From NCBI GenBank assembly GCA_012295275.1, contig CM022671.1, positions 6,138,001 through 6,202,000 of the forward strand: DNA of 64,000 nt, written 5' to 3'. A program made the translations under genes and the position numbers. Each line of letters begins with the position of its first letter. Within the stretch, counting starts at the first letter, position 1. Of the stretch, positions 42,333 through 54,809 are shown one piece after another. Under the pieces are notes generated by a model, which had not been told where the DNA came from, did not search any database, and was given only the letters and a program-made list of their open reading frames with translations. The stretch is from Chrysomallon squamiferum. Its lineage: Eukaryota > Animalia > Mollusca.

Positions 42333-44337
42333 TCAACACGTGAGGCGAGTTCGTGAACGTCGTGGCGGTTTTTCTAGGATGCTGCCGTCAGAAAACATTC
42401 TGCGATAAAGCCGCGTTGTGTTAATCTGGCTGGATGCTGCTCTCACAAGTACTGGCCTTTTCTTGACGAAGTGAACGAGACGTTCCCAAAATGGTCCAAC
42501 AGCCCTGGAATCGGCAGACCACTCGATATACTCCACTGTAGTCAGCAAGTCAAACAGGGAAGGACTCATGTGTCTTAGTTCAATGTCTCCCAGTTTGACA
42601 ACCATCGTAATATCCAGACACTGAGAGCGAATCTGTCTCTGTATCAGAGCGAGACAGAATTTACACCACTGACTCTTAGCGAAGTGGTTAGATATTAGAA
42701 TGATGAATTTTTTGCTCGAGTTCACACAATCAACAAAACTGTCTACCAGCAGAGCGCCCAGTTCGAAATCTCTTTGGTGTATGCACAAATGAAAATGTTC
42801 TCGTTCTTCAAGATTGGGTATTGCTTGTTCTAAAATCCATTTCAAGTCTTCATCTGCGTAGGCCACGAAAACATCGTACGTTGTATTCCTCCTCGACTTC
42901 CTTTTCTTTCGCGCATGCGTACTTCGGAGCATGTAGAGGAAGTAACGAAAGTGCCATCTGTAGTGATAGAGAACAGTTCCTAAGATGATGACGATTACGG
43001 CGAAAGAAAAGAAGGATATGATTAACAAACTCGTCCACGTCGTCACCAGACATTTATTCAGACTGACGGTTTTTGAGTACTCTGTTAGATTAGTTCCCTG
43101 TAATCCGGACGGACTGGCACACGTGTAAGATTCATTCTGTTGACAAAAGGTATCGTCAGACCAAGTGGCTTCAAATAGTTCGAGAAACCAGAGAAGTTCG
43201 CACGTACAGGCAAATGGATTCCGTGCTAAATTTATTTGCAAGCCAGTTAAATTGTCCGGCAGGGTCAGTTCATTGGCCGAAGTAAGATCGTTGTCTTTCA
43301 GACTAAGGTACTGCAGCTTCTTAGGGTAACACGAAATGTTCAAGGTGTGTATGTCGTTTCCCGTCAGCCCGATGTGACGAATTTCGGGGAATTCCGAGAG
43401 AAAGTGGGGAAAACTTCGCAGTATGCAGTTTGACATGTGTAAACGTTGTAAAGAATTTTTTACGGGATCAAGCAGACGTTTTAAATCTTTCTCCTCAAAT
43501 TTCATCATGTTGTTTCCTGAAAGTGCCAGGTCTTCTACGTTCTCACATCCACGAAACATACCGTTGGATAGCTTGGAGTTACGCTCGGATTTGAACGCCA
43601 AGTTGTTGTATCTTAAAGAAATAATTCCGAGGTTGCTGTTGCTGAACGCGCGTTCGTCGATTTCCCGCAGACCACACATGTTGTTGAGTTCGAGAACGGA
43701 CAGATCGTGCAAGTCCGAAAAGACGTCACTGGAAATTCTCCTCACCGGATTCTCTGACAAGTCAAGTCTCCTGACGTTCGGAAAACAGGTGAAAAAACCT
43801 GGTTTCAGGTAGAGAATGTCGTTCTGGCGTAAGTGCAGTTCCTTCAGAGCCGGCATTCTACAGGGTTCGCCGTTGAAAAACGAGATCTTGTTCTCGTTCA
43901 ATGTCAGAATCCGAACAGAAATATTTTCCTGTAAGTGCAGCTGACTTATGTAGTTAACACTTAGATTCACGTGAATCATGCTTGCCTGGTTACGAAAAAC
44001 TGACATGTCGAACTTCTCGATTCGGTTCTCTGCGAGCGTTATTTTAGTTAAATTTAAGAGTTTTGAGAACGCGTCGTCGGAAATGACGGAGATCTCGTTA
44101 AACGTAAAGTCGACGTACTGGAGGTTGGTCAGGCGGGATATGTTTGATATGTCTGTCAAACGGTTAAAGCGAAAATTCAGGCGAGTCACGTTAATCGGTA
44201 CTGAACTGGGAATGTCAGTGAGATTTCTGCCAGAACAGTCGACTGTAGTTCCCGATGACGTCACATTCACTGTTCACACCAAACAGAACTCCGCCAGCAG
44301 AAAAACACACAATAATAACCAACACTTTTAATAACAT
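42333..44337 (-). CDS. TLR: Toll-like receptor A (single-cysteine-cluster type; ~13 LRR, LRRCT, TM, TIR); one-base frameshift near the 5' end, so possibly a pseudogene allele or an assembly error
   Basis: The 645-codon ORF has an LRRNT remnant (GTTVDCSGRNLTDIP), LxxLxLxxN repeats, LRRCT (NPFACTCELLWF..YTCASP), a hydrophobic TM (LLIISFFSFAVIVIILGTVLY) and TIR boxes (YDVFVAY, LCIHQRDF, FW). The ORF track starts at a GTG with an in-frame TGA two codons upstream. accATG at 44337 encodes MLLKVLVIIVCFSAGGVLFGVNSECDVIG in the adjacent frame. Confidence 0.93.
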
Positions 44338-45524
44338 GGTTTATACACACAACACGTTACGCACTAAACCGATACTGTCTTTTTACTAAAAAAAACACCA
44401 AATGACTTGTTACTGGTCTAGAAATTCACGTTCTCATATCCCGTACAGCTGGTCTTTTCCACACAACTGCCAAGTAGCACAGTATGTCTCACAGTTACAC
44501 ACGACTTATTGTTAAGAAAACACTGATAACACGAGTTTCTGAAATCTAAAACCTCACTGAACACCCGCGGTATCCGTGTAGCTCAGGTCACTTGACAACG
44601 GTAACGTATGCCAGACTAGTGTTCAAGTTTATCTCGCGTGACCTTATCCTGTAATCAAACTTCCTGGTCGCATTTGCAAACAAAACTGTATAGATCTTGT
44701 GGCAGTAGTAGTAGTTGCTGTCGTTCGTGTTACTGTTGTGGCGCTGGTGGCGATAGTTGGTGTTGTAGCAGAAGCAGTGGTACAAATAGAAGTAGATTTA
44801 GTTGTATTTGCTGTGTTATTTTCGTTGGTTTGTTTTTTTCGTTCTGTTCTTTTTTTTTCTTTTTTTTTTTTTTTCGTCGTCTTCTTCTTTTTTATTGTTT
44901 TCTTTTTATTTTCTTGTTGTTGTCGTCATAGTTTGTTTATTTGTTGTTGTTGTTGTTGTTGTTGTAGCATCAGAATCTGTAGTAGCAGTGGTTACAGATT
45001 TGACAATTAGTTGCGTTTTCTTGTTACGACAACGAAAAGAAAAAGATAAATTTGGATGAGTGACTAATGGAAAACTCTGAAGTGATATAAAAATAACTTG
45101 TCACTCTGACACAGCACAATCATTTCTTTGTATACATTTGGGTGTGTGTTGCTGTGTATATATATATATGTATATGTATATTTATATGTGCATTATATAT
45201 ATGTATGTATGCATCTATATATGTATGTATGTGTATATGTATGTATGTATATATATATATATATATATAAATATACATACATACACATACAAATACAGTT
45301 ATATATACATAGAAACATGCATACATAGACATATACATAGATGATTGTGTGTGTATATATATATACATGTATATATGTATATATATGTATATATAAGTTC
45401 GTGTGTAAATATTGTAAGGTATCGTACGTGTAAAATAATTTCCACATAAAGAATTAATTAACTGTACAAGGATTAAATAACTGAATGGACAGACGAACAA
45501 ATAGGCGGAGAAACAGATAGATAA

Positions 45525-45602
<78 letters not shown>

Positions 45603-46493
45603 TGGTAGACAGATAGATAGATAAACAGACAAACAGACAGAGAGACAGATAATGTGTGCCAGGTTTGAAATCAGACGCAAGTTATTAAAATATTGCTGAG
45701 GGAATGTTCTAACGCTTTCTTACACTAAACATCGTTTTGTATCAGTCACGTGACTTCGTACTGATAACGTGACACAGGAAATCCGCTTTTATCTCATTTC
45801 ACAGTTTTATGAATAACATACTTAGTTACAATGTTTTGCTATTTGTTTTTGTTTATTTTTCAATTTCAAAATAAAAATAGAAATTTCGTTTATTTTTTTA
45901 TTTTTTTTTTTTTTTTAAAATTATTATTCTTACTTTACATTTGTCTTATTTGGTATGTTGTTCTTTTTGTATATTTTATTTATTTTATCTGATTATTGTT
46001 ATTTTTTGTTAGTGTTTTCATTTATTTGCTTGTTTATTTATTTGTTTCGTACAGAATTTTATTATAATTTTTCTTTCTTTCTTTCTTTCATTCTAAGCTT
46101 ATTTTTTTTATTTCATTTTTAATAATTTATTTATTTATTTGTTTGCTTATTTCATGATTCATTTTATTATTTATTTATTTACTTACTTATTTACTCACTC
46201 ACTTCTTTAGTTGGTTATTATTTATTTGTATTCATTTATTTCATTACCAATTTCAGTATATCATTATTTATTTATTTATTTATTCGATATTTACTACAAA
46301 ACATTATATCACTTGAATTGTTACCTTAATCAAAACGGTTGTTCGGTAATGTCAAAAAGTAAAAAGTAAAAGGAAGATATAAATCATAATGTTAGATATT
46401 CAAACTTTTTTCTTAACTAATGAGGAAGACTGATAGAAAAAAATAAAATAAAAGGAAAAGTAATACAAATGACAAATAAAATGTTGGTAAATA

Positions 46494-46617
<124 letters not shown>

Positions 46618-46799
46618 AAACTAAAACAGTAATCTTTATAAGACTTTTATTAAAACAGTAATCGCTATTAAATTTTTTAGATTCACACAGCAAATAAAAA
46701 CAAATGAAACACTTATAGGTTTACTGATTTCTGAACGGACATAGAGACAGAAAGATCGACAGTGAGAGAGAGAGACACGATAGAGGAGAAACAGCCAGT

Positions 46800-46943
<144 letters not shown>

Positions 46944-47061
46944 TAAAACAGTAATCTTTAAACTGAGACAGATGTAGAAAGAATGAAAGTTTATAACATT
47001 TTCGTTATCATCGTTTTCCAGACAGCAAGCAAGAACGAGTAAAAAGAATGTTTGTTGAAGT

Positions 47062-49257
47062 TTAGTGGTTTCTGAACTCGACTACTCTCGAGTTTGCCCC
47101 GGACAGACATGGTTCTGACATCAGGCGCCGGTTCGTTGAGTCCTCCGATTGTTGTCCGTCCGAAAACGACCGCACGTAGAAACCAGCAGAATTAACTGAT
47201 TTCAGCTGTCGGGGTTTCGTTTTTATAAAGTGAACCAAACGTTCCCAAAACGGTCCAACAGCCCTGGAATCGGTAGACCAGTCGATATACTCCACTGTAG
47301 TTAGCAAGTCAAACAGAGAAGGACTCATGTGTCTTTGCTCAATGTCTCCCAGTTTGACAACCATCATAATATCAAGACACTGAGAGCGAATCTGTCTCTG
47401 TATCAGAGCGAGACAGAATTTACACCACTGACTCTTAGCGAAGTGGTTAGATATTAGAATGATAAATTTTTTGCTTTCGTTCACGGAGAAAACTAAATTA
47501 TCTATTTCCAGAGCGCCCAGTTCGAAATCTCTTTGGTGTATGCACAAATGAAAATGTTCTCGTTCTTCAAGATTGGGTATTGCTTGTTCTAAAATCCATT
47601 TCAAGTCTTCATCTGCGTAGGCCACGAAAGCATCAAACCTGTATTCCTCCCTGTCGTCCGTTTCTTTGCCGAATCGTAGCATGTACAGAAGGTAACGAAA
47701 GTGCCACCTGACGTGATAGACAGCTGCAGCAGCCAGAGTGAGGAAGAGCATGGACGTAACAGAAACGATTATGATCAAAGTGGTCGTCTTTCCCAGCAAA
47801 CACGACTGATCGCTGAGGACTTCAGCGAAAAAAGTAAAGTTTTTTCCAGCCAGTTCTCGAGGGCTGTTGCAGCGAAACTTCTCCGACTGGTTGAAAATGT
47901 GCTCGGACTTCGTCTCCTGAATCAGTCGGAGAAACCACAGCAGTTCGCACGTGCAGTCGAACGGATTGCGCGCTAAATCGATCGACAGGTTCGTTAAGTT
48001 TGCGGGTAGTGAATTCTCGCTGATCAACGAGATGTCGTTGTCTTTCAAACTGATCCACCGAAGAGAGTGAGAAAAATAATCTTTTCGTAAAACGGTCAAG
48101 GCGTTGCCAGTCAGATCCAAGTGAGTCAGTCTGTGAAACGAGGAGAGGTTGAAAGGAAACTCGTGGAGTATGCAGTTGGCCAACTTGACGAACTGCAGTG
48201 TAGCGTTAACAGGCTGGAACAGTCTCGTCAGATACATTTTAGTCGTTTTCAGCATGTTGTTTCCGGACAGGTCGAGTTTATTGAGGTTTCGAGAGCCGTT
48301 GAACATGAAGTGGGAGATAGTGGGTTCTGAGAATTTGAGATTGTTGTTCAGCAGAGTAATGCGTCTCAGCCGCGGGTTGCTGAAAGCGTTTCTCTGAATG
48401 GTTTTCAGTCCACACAAGTTGTCCATCCTTAAAATGCCCAGCCTGTGAAGCGAGGAGAACGCGTAACTGTAGATCTTCCTCACAGGGTTCTCGGACAGGT
48501 TAATGGTGGCGACGTTGGGGAAACACCTGAACAGATGCTGTCTGACGTACAGCACGTCGTTGTTTTGCAAGTAAAGCACTCTGACGTGCGGCATGACGCA
48601 GTTGCTGCTGGGGAACACTGAAAGTATGTTTCCCTTGAGATTCAGCGTGGAAACCCGCAGCGCTGGATCCAGGCGTAAATTGTAGATGAAGTTGAAGGAA
48701 AGATCAAGATGGCTGAGTTTTGAAAGAGGTCGAAACACAGACAGATTGACTGAACGCAGGTTGTTCATTTGCAGAGCGATGTATTTGACGCCCGAGTCCT
48801 CCAGACCGTCAAAGAGGCGAGCGTCGAGTGTCTGCAGGGACATGTTGCTTAGTCCGAGGCGAGTGAAGCCAGATTTGTTGAGCGACCCGAACGCCGACTG
48901 CAACACACGAGCAGGCACGGGATTCACGTCTAACACGAGCTCTTCCAAATACAACAGATCTGCAAATGCGTCATCCGCGATGTTGAAAATGCTGTTGTTA
49001 GTGAGAATAAGCTGGTTCAGCTTCAGTGTTCTCAGATTTGTAAAACTTTCTCTTGTAATGTTTCTAAGTCGGTTATCTGAGAAATTGAGGGAAGTTGTAT
49101 AATTTCTTAGTCGTGGTATGTATGTTAGATTTCTCTTAGAACAGTCCGCTTTACTGCCTTTGTACGTACATACGTCACTAGCCGTAAGATCCGACATTAA
49201 CAAAAGTAATATTAAACTAAGCATACTTAGTAAACTAGTGGTAGAATACAATAACAT
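47062..49257 (-). CDS. TLR: Toll-like receptor B (signal peptide, LRRNT, ~15 LRR, LRRCT, TM, TIR), 731 aa, intact
   Basis: ATG followed by a hydrophobic leader; CTYKGSKADCSKRNLT LRRNT; NPFDCTCELLWF LRRCT; TM LIIIVSVTSMLFLTLAAAAVY; TIR FDAFVAY...LCIHQRDF...FWERL. Confidence 0.97.
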   Translation of the reverse strand: MLLYSTTSLLSMLSLILLLLMSDLTASDVCTYKGSKADCSKRNLTYIPRLRNYTTSLNFSDNRLRNITRESFTNLRTLKLNQLILTNNSIFNIADDAFADLLYLEELVLDVNPVPARVLQSAFGSLNKSGFTRLGLSNMSLQTLDARLFDGLEDSGVKYIALQMNNLRSVNLSVFRPLSKLSHLDLSFNFIYNLRLDPALRVSTLNLKGNILSVFPSSNCVMPHVRVLYLQNNDVLYVRQHLFRCFPNVATINLSENPVRKIYSYAFSSLHRLGILRMDNLCGLKTIQRNAFSNPRLRRITLLNNNLKFSEPTISHFMFNGSRNLNKLDLSGNNMLKTTKMYLTRLFQPVNATLQFVKLANCILHEFPFNLSSFHRLTHLDLTGNALTVLRKDYFSHSLRWISLKDNDISLISENSLPANLTNLSIDLARNPFDCTCELLWFLRLIQETKSEHIFNQSEKFRCNSPRELAGKNFTFFAEVLSDQSCLLGKTTTLIIIVSVTSMLFLTLAAAAVYHVRWHFRYLLYMLRFGKETDDREEYRFDAFVAYADEDLKWILEQAIPNLEEREHFHLCIHQRDFELGALEIDNLVFSVNESKKFIILISNHFAKSQWCKFCLALIQRQIRSQCLDIMMVVKLGDIEQRHMSPSLFDLLTTVEYIDWSTDSRAVGPFWERLVHFIKTKPRQLKSVNSAGFYVRSFSDGQQSEDSTNRRLMSEPCLSGANSRVVEFRNH

Positions 49258-49614
49258 GTCAACTACAGAGATGCAAGTCCATTCAAATAGAGTTCCTACA
49301 CAATAATATACAGCTTAAAAATAATAATGACAATAATTATTTTACATATTCAAACAGGGTAATGTGGATTAATATACACCATTTTCATTCAAAAACACAG
49401 AATATTATAGTTCATTGTTTTTTGTAAATGCAAAAATTATAAAAAGCCTTATCGCCTTCAAGAACACAACTCAGTGCCATAAAATGATAAAACCTGCGAA
49501 TCATTCAGATGATTAAATTTCCCCAGGAATTAAACACAAATCATTCAAATTCAGAAAGTATTCGTAGAAATGTCATTTTACTGGAATAAAACAAAGGCAG
49601 TGATTTAAATCCAT

Positions 49615-49790
49615 ATTAACACAGGTTAATATATCCTTTCATATTACACAGGCTGTCGGGTAAATTCTGATATTACAAGTTAATATATCCTTTAACATTA
49701 TTTAGGATGTCATTTCATTAAATCCTTACACCAGAAGTTAATAAATCTTTTCTTATTACACAGGCTGTTATTTAAAATGCTTAACAAAAA
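49615..49790. repeat. Degenerate ~58-bp tandem repeat x3 upstream of TLR-B
   Basis: gttaatatatcctttc.tattacacaggctgt recurs three times. Confidence 0.6.
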
Positions 49791-51006
49791 GTTTGATGCA
49801 TCTCCAACTTTTGAATTCCTCAAGGACAGTTGTTTGCGAAATGGTTGCCGAACAAAACAAATGGTTTATATGAAGATCACGTGACTGCATCCACTTTAAC
49901 TGTTTCTCTCGTAACTGTAACGTTTTCATACAAACTGTGAATAAATAAATAAATAAAAATTTAAAAATTTAATTTAAAAGAAATAGAAGAAGAAGTCTGT
50001 TATAGATAATACGTCACAAAGTTCTTTAGACTAGATTTATTTTTGTATCCAAAAATAGTGCTCCCAAAAAGCAGACGAAAAAAACTAATTACTGTACTAG
50101 AAAATACTTGTCTATTCAGATGTTTCGTGTTGGTGTAAATCCACCGATATGTATTTACTAAGTTTACATATATATATATTTTTACTAAGGTTACACAGAT
50201 AAAAATTTTATCAAGTTTAAACGATTATGCAAATTAGGAGAACCTTTCTTCTTTTTTCTTTTTGTAGTTGTTAATGGCTGTTTCTAAATTTTATTTTCTA
50301 TTTCCTCATGAAGGAATTCTTTATTATCATCATCATCATCATTCTAATATTATGTCATTTATAAAGATCATTATAATATTAAATACCCTATAGAGACATT
50401 ACTTTAGCCTGAGGTACATTCAAATGAGTCAACTTAATATTGCAGACATGTTCTAGTGTCAGTTTAACGAACAACGAAAACGTTAGTTTAAGACGATAAA
50501 CTACTAACTGACATGTTACCTTTAAACTTCGAACCTCGACACAGAGAGTTTTAATGCAGTTTGCAGGTTCTGTTCGGATCAAGCAGCAGACACGCAGATA
50601 TTAACACGACCAAGAAAACAGCGAACATTTCACTGTTTTCATACGAAACTTAGTATGACTGGTTACTCGGTCGAGACAGCAAAGTCATCTGACCTACTTT
50701 CAGCAAAAATATTTTTGTCGGAACAATCTTTGTGCGACGGTGAGATTTTTTTCCCAGAAATTGGTTTCATATTTCACTTTAAAACAATTCAGATACAAAA
50801 GAAACAATATGTGGGTATTTTTAAACGTACGGTTGGTTGGTAGGTAATTTGATGCCATTCAGATGTGTGTTTATCATATTCTATTTTAAGTGCGACAACT
50901 AAAACGGGGACTTTCTCAAAAGTTTCCCAGCCAATGGCGTCCCTCACTGATACCCGGACGTTTAAAGGAACTGCGTGCGATCGTTCATAAATACCCGTTT
51001 GTGTGT

Positions 51007-51046
<40 letters not shown>

Positions 51047-51176
51047 CTGTCTGGGTCCATAGATTATATACATTTATATTTATATTTGCATTGTTGTTGG
51101 TTTGAGGGTTTTAAATTTTTTTTTTTTTTTTTTTTGTGGTGTCCTTTTTTTTTTATTATGATGATGATGATGACGA

Positions 51177-51213
<37 letters not shown>

Positions 51214-51753
51214 GCCTTTGTTGTTATGGTTATTATTATTGTTGGTGGTGGGGTTTTTGGGGTGGAGAGTTTTTTTTTGTTTTTTTTTAGTAATACTAAT
51301 AGTAGTAGCACTATTATTATATTTATTTTTATTGTTTTGTTGATATCTATTTATTTATTTATTTATTTATTTCAACGAGCGATATTTTCTCTTTTCATAA
51401 TGAAGCTCATTTCATATAGAAAGTTAAATACTTCATACGACGCCACACCCTTTTTTTTTTTTTTTTTTTTAAAATTTAAAAATAAACTGGAACCGTTCTT
51501 GTCACGCAAGCAGGAAGAGTGTGCCATTTTAAATGAATACTTGAGGGGGAGCCACCAGGAAAGGGGGGTGTTAATAATTTGACAATAGCTTGAAGCATTG
51601 TTTATGTAACCATGGCAATGACAAAAATAGAAATAACTGATAGGGAATGCGACGAAAGTAAAATAGACTGGTAATTTTGTTTTATTAAGTTTGTAGCTTT
51701 ATCTATTTTTGTTTTTGTTTATTATTATTATTATTATTATCATCATTATCATC

Positions 51754-51785
<32 letters not shown>

Positions 51786-51931
51786 ACTCACTTATGTTAT
51801 CATTTTTATATTGCTCTGTAATTTAATTTCTGTTTTCTGTTTTGTTGTTTAAATGGTTGTATCTCTGCATGTTTTCTTTTCTTTCTTTCTTTCTTCTTCT
51901 TTTTTCTTTCTTTTTATTATTATTATTATTT

Positions 51932-51968
<37 letters not shown>

Positions 51969-52417
51969 CGATCTAGGTTTCTTAAACTGTTTGTGTGGAA
52001 ACGTGTTAATACATTTCTTGATGTTATTGAAAAACATTTACAGATTTTTGCAATTATTACATCATATTCACGCAGCAGATGAAATAAACGTGGCAATGGT
52101 TTACTTACTCATAATGAACTTAATATAAACAAATTAAGTTTTATTTGAAACGAGAAGACACAAGGAAAAAAAAAAATCTATATATATATATGTATCATTG
52201 TATGTATATTTATATGATAACTATTTTTTTTTTCCTTTTGTTATAATATTATGGTTATACTTAATTATCAGAAAATACTTTATTTTTACATCATCGGATT
52301 AATAACAAACAATAACGTGAAAATACAAAACATTTATTGAGGCTACATTTCATAAGTTAGTAAGAAGATATAACAAAATTATTAGATTTTTATAAAATTT
52401 ATTAAAATATTATCATG

Positions 52418-52476
<59 letters not shown>

Positions 52477-52705
52477 ATTTAGTTTCGTTATTGTTTTATT
52501 TGTTTCTTATTAATAACACTAACACACACACACACGCCTATCTATTTGTGTACAGAGTTGCATGAACCCAAACGATCAAATAGTTGTTAAACTGGATTAT
52601 TTCGTGTCAGTACAGGTTACTTTACAAGACGTTTGTTTAATAACCAGTCTTTGTCACTTTAAGAAATTCGAGAAAGGCGTCGCAACGAACTCAATCTGCA
52701 CAACT

Positions 52706-52740
<35 letters not shown>

Positions 52741-54628
52741 TATATACAACTGGCAACTTACGTCATGGTTATACTTAATTATCAGAAGCTATGTCAACCG
52801 ACGAAATACAAATGAACTCGGCCGGTTTGCTAATTTAAACAAAAAATGAATCACTAAATAATTTGTTTCTATCCCGTTTTGTGATCACTGAAAAAACACT
52901 GTTATTTAATTTAGTTTTATTTTATTTTATTTTATTTCATACATTCACACATTCATTCATTGAATAATTGAATAGGATACTGACGAGTCAGCCTTTCGAA
53001 ACATTTTGCATCAACTAGTCATTTAATTATATTGATATAAGTACACTATTCACAATTTATTGATACAAAGATATTTACATTTTCTTTTAATACATATTAA
53101 CAGTAAGAAATCCTCTCCATAATCATTAAGAATCATGTCTTTATATTAAAATAATAATAATAATAATAATAGTAGTAGTAGTAGTAGTAGTAGTAATAAA
53201 GTAGTAAATAAATAAATAAATAAATAAATTATAAAATAACATAAAATATATATAAAAAATATAACGCCTTTTCTCAGCATTTCAACTTCATATTTACATT
53301 AATTATATATTTCATAAAGTTTTAGTTTTATAAATAAGTTATACTCCTATTAATTATAGTAAATTTTTACATTTTCATTTAAATTTATATTTGATTTGCC
53401 TTTTACATAACTATTTGCATAACTATTAAACATAACTATTTGCTGTTTTAAAATTTACTTTTATGGTTTATCCTTAAATTTTATGATTTAAGTTCAAAAT
53501 CTAAATCTAATGACATTCATTTAACATTTGATGTCATAATTATAATTCAGCTTAATGACGCCATTGTTGTTCCTTTGTGAATTTTGAAATCGAACAAGAA
53601 AATTCTGGTAATGTGTATCGTCTTAACATTCAACTTTCTTTTTGTCATCCGCTCTTAAATTTATTATTATTGTTGTTGTTGTTATTGTTTTTAAATTGTT
53701 TTTTCTTGTTGTTTTTGCTTTTTTGGTTGATGGATTTGCTTTTATTAATTTATTTATTTGTTTGTTTTAATATTCAAATTTCATTTCCTTACAGTCGTTT
53801 TGCACGTCTGTTTTTATTTCTTTGTCAGGAATATAAATTTACCTCAGTGCAGTTGTTTTAGACAGCTATACATTTACTATTATAACAAAAACACAACAAA
53901 ACTAAATTCAGAGATATTCAAACATATACAACGTGTTCCTCGTACAAAAAAAAAAATAAAATAAATATTAAAAAATTAAAAAATGGCCATGAAAAAAGAC
54001 GATAAAAAAGAGCAACTAAAACATAAATATGTTCTTCCGTCAAAAAAAAAAAAAAAAAAATAAAAAAACCTTACGACTGGCCATTACGGCTAGGATGCTC
54101 ATTTAACAAGTATTTTGGCACGTACATACGTTCCTCGTACGAAAAAAAAAAAATAAAAATAAAAGTAATAAAAAAAATTAAAAAATGGCCATGCAGTCGT
54201 ACAAGACCTCTGTAATAAACCACTGATTCGGAAATCGTCGGACATTCTTGAATAGTGACGTAACAGTTAGCTAATTAACACGTGACAACTTTTGAGCCCG
54301 ATGAATGCTGTTCTCCGCCAGAGGATACTCGGGCTAAATGTACACTAAAACTCCAGTCATAATTAATAACGAAACATGAGAACAAAAGTGTTCTGTAGTG
54401 ACGTTATCATGTAAAGGATGAATCCGATTTGTTACATTTCTTCACTCCCCCCCAGGTAAATAGAAAACACTGAAAGTTTTTTTTAAATATTTACAAATAA
54501 GTCATATCAATATTTGTTTAAATCCCTATAAGGAATATTATTTTCAGTAACTGAAATAATGCACATTCCTTCAAAGAAAAAAGTATAATACCATTTTACT
54601 AATAATACACAAACCTGCACACTAATAT

Positions 54629-54721
<93 letters not shown>

Positions 54722-54809
54722 TGTATATGGATTATTGAACAAAATGTTTCTAATCTGTTTAATGAATGCATTAAGGAATAAATCAACTTTCCTCTTCTTC
54801 TTGTCTTCT

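Noticed and set aside
52975-53025. Hammerhead ribozyme core CTGACGA...GAAAC
   Set aside because: Stems I and III cannot be formed, and the paralogous copy (~60750) has lost GAAA.
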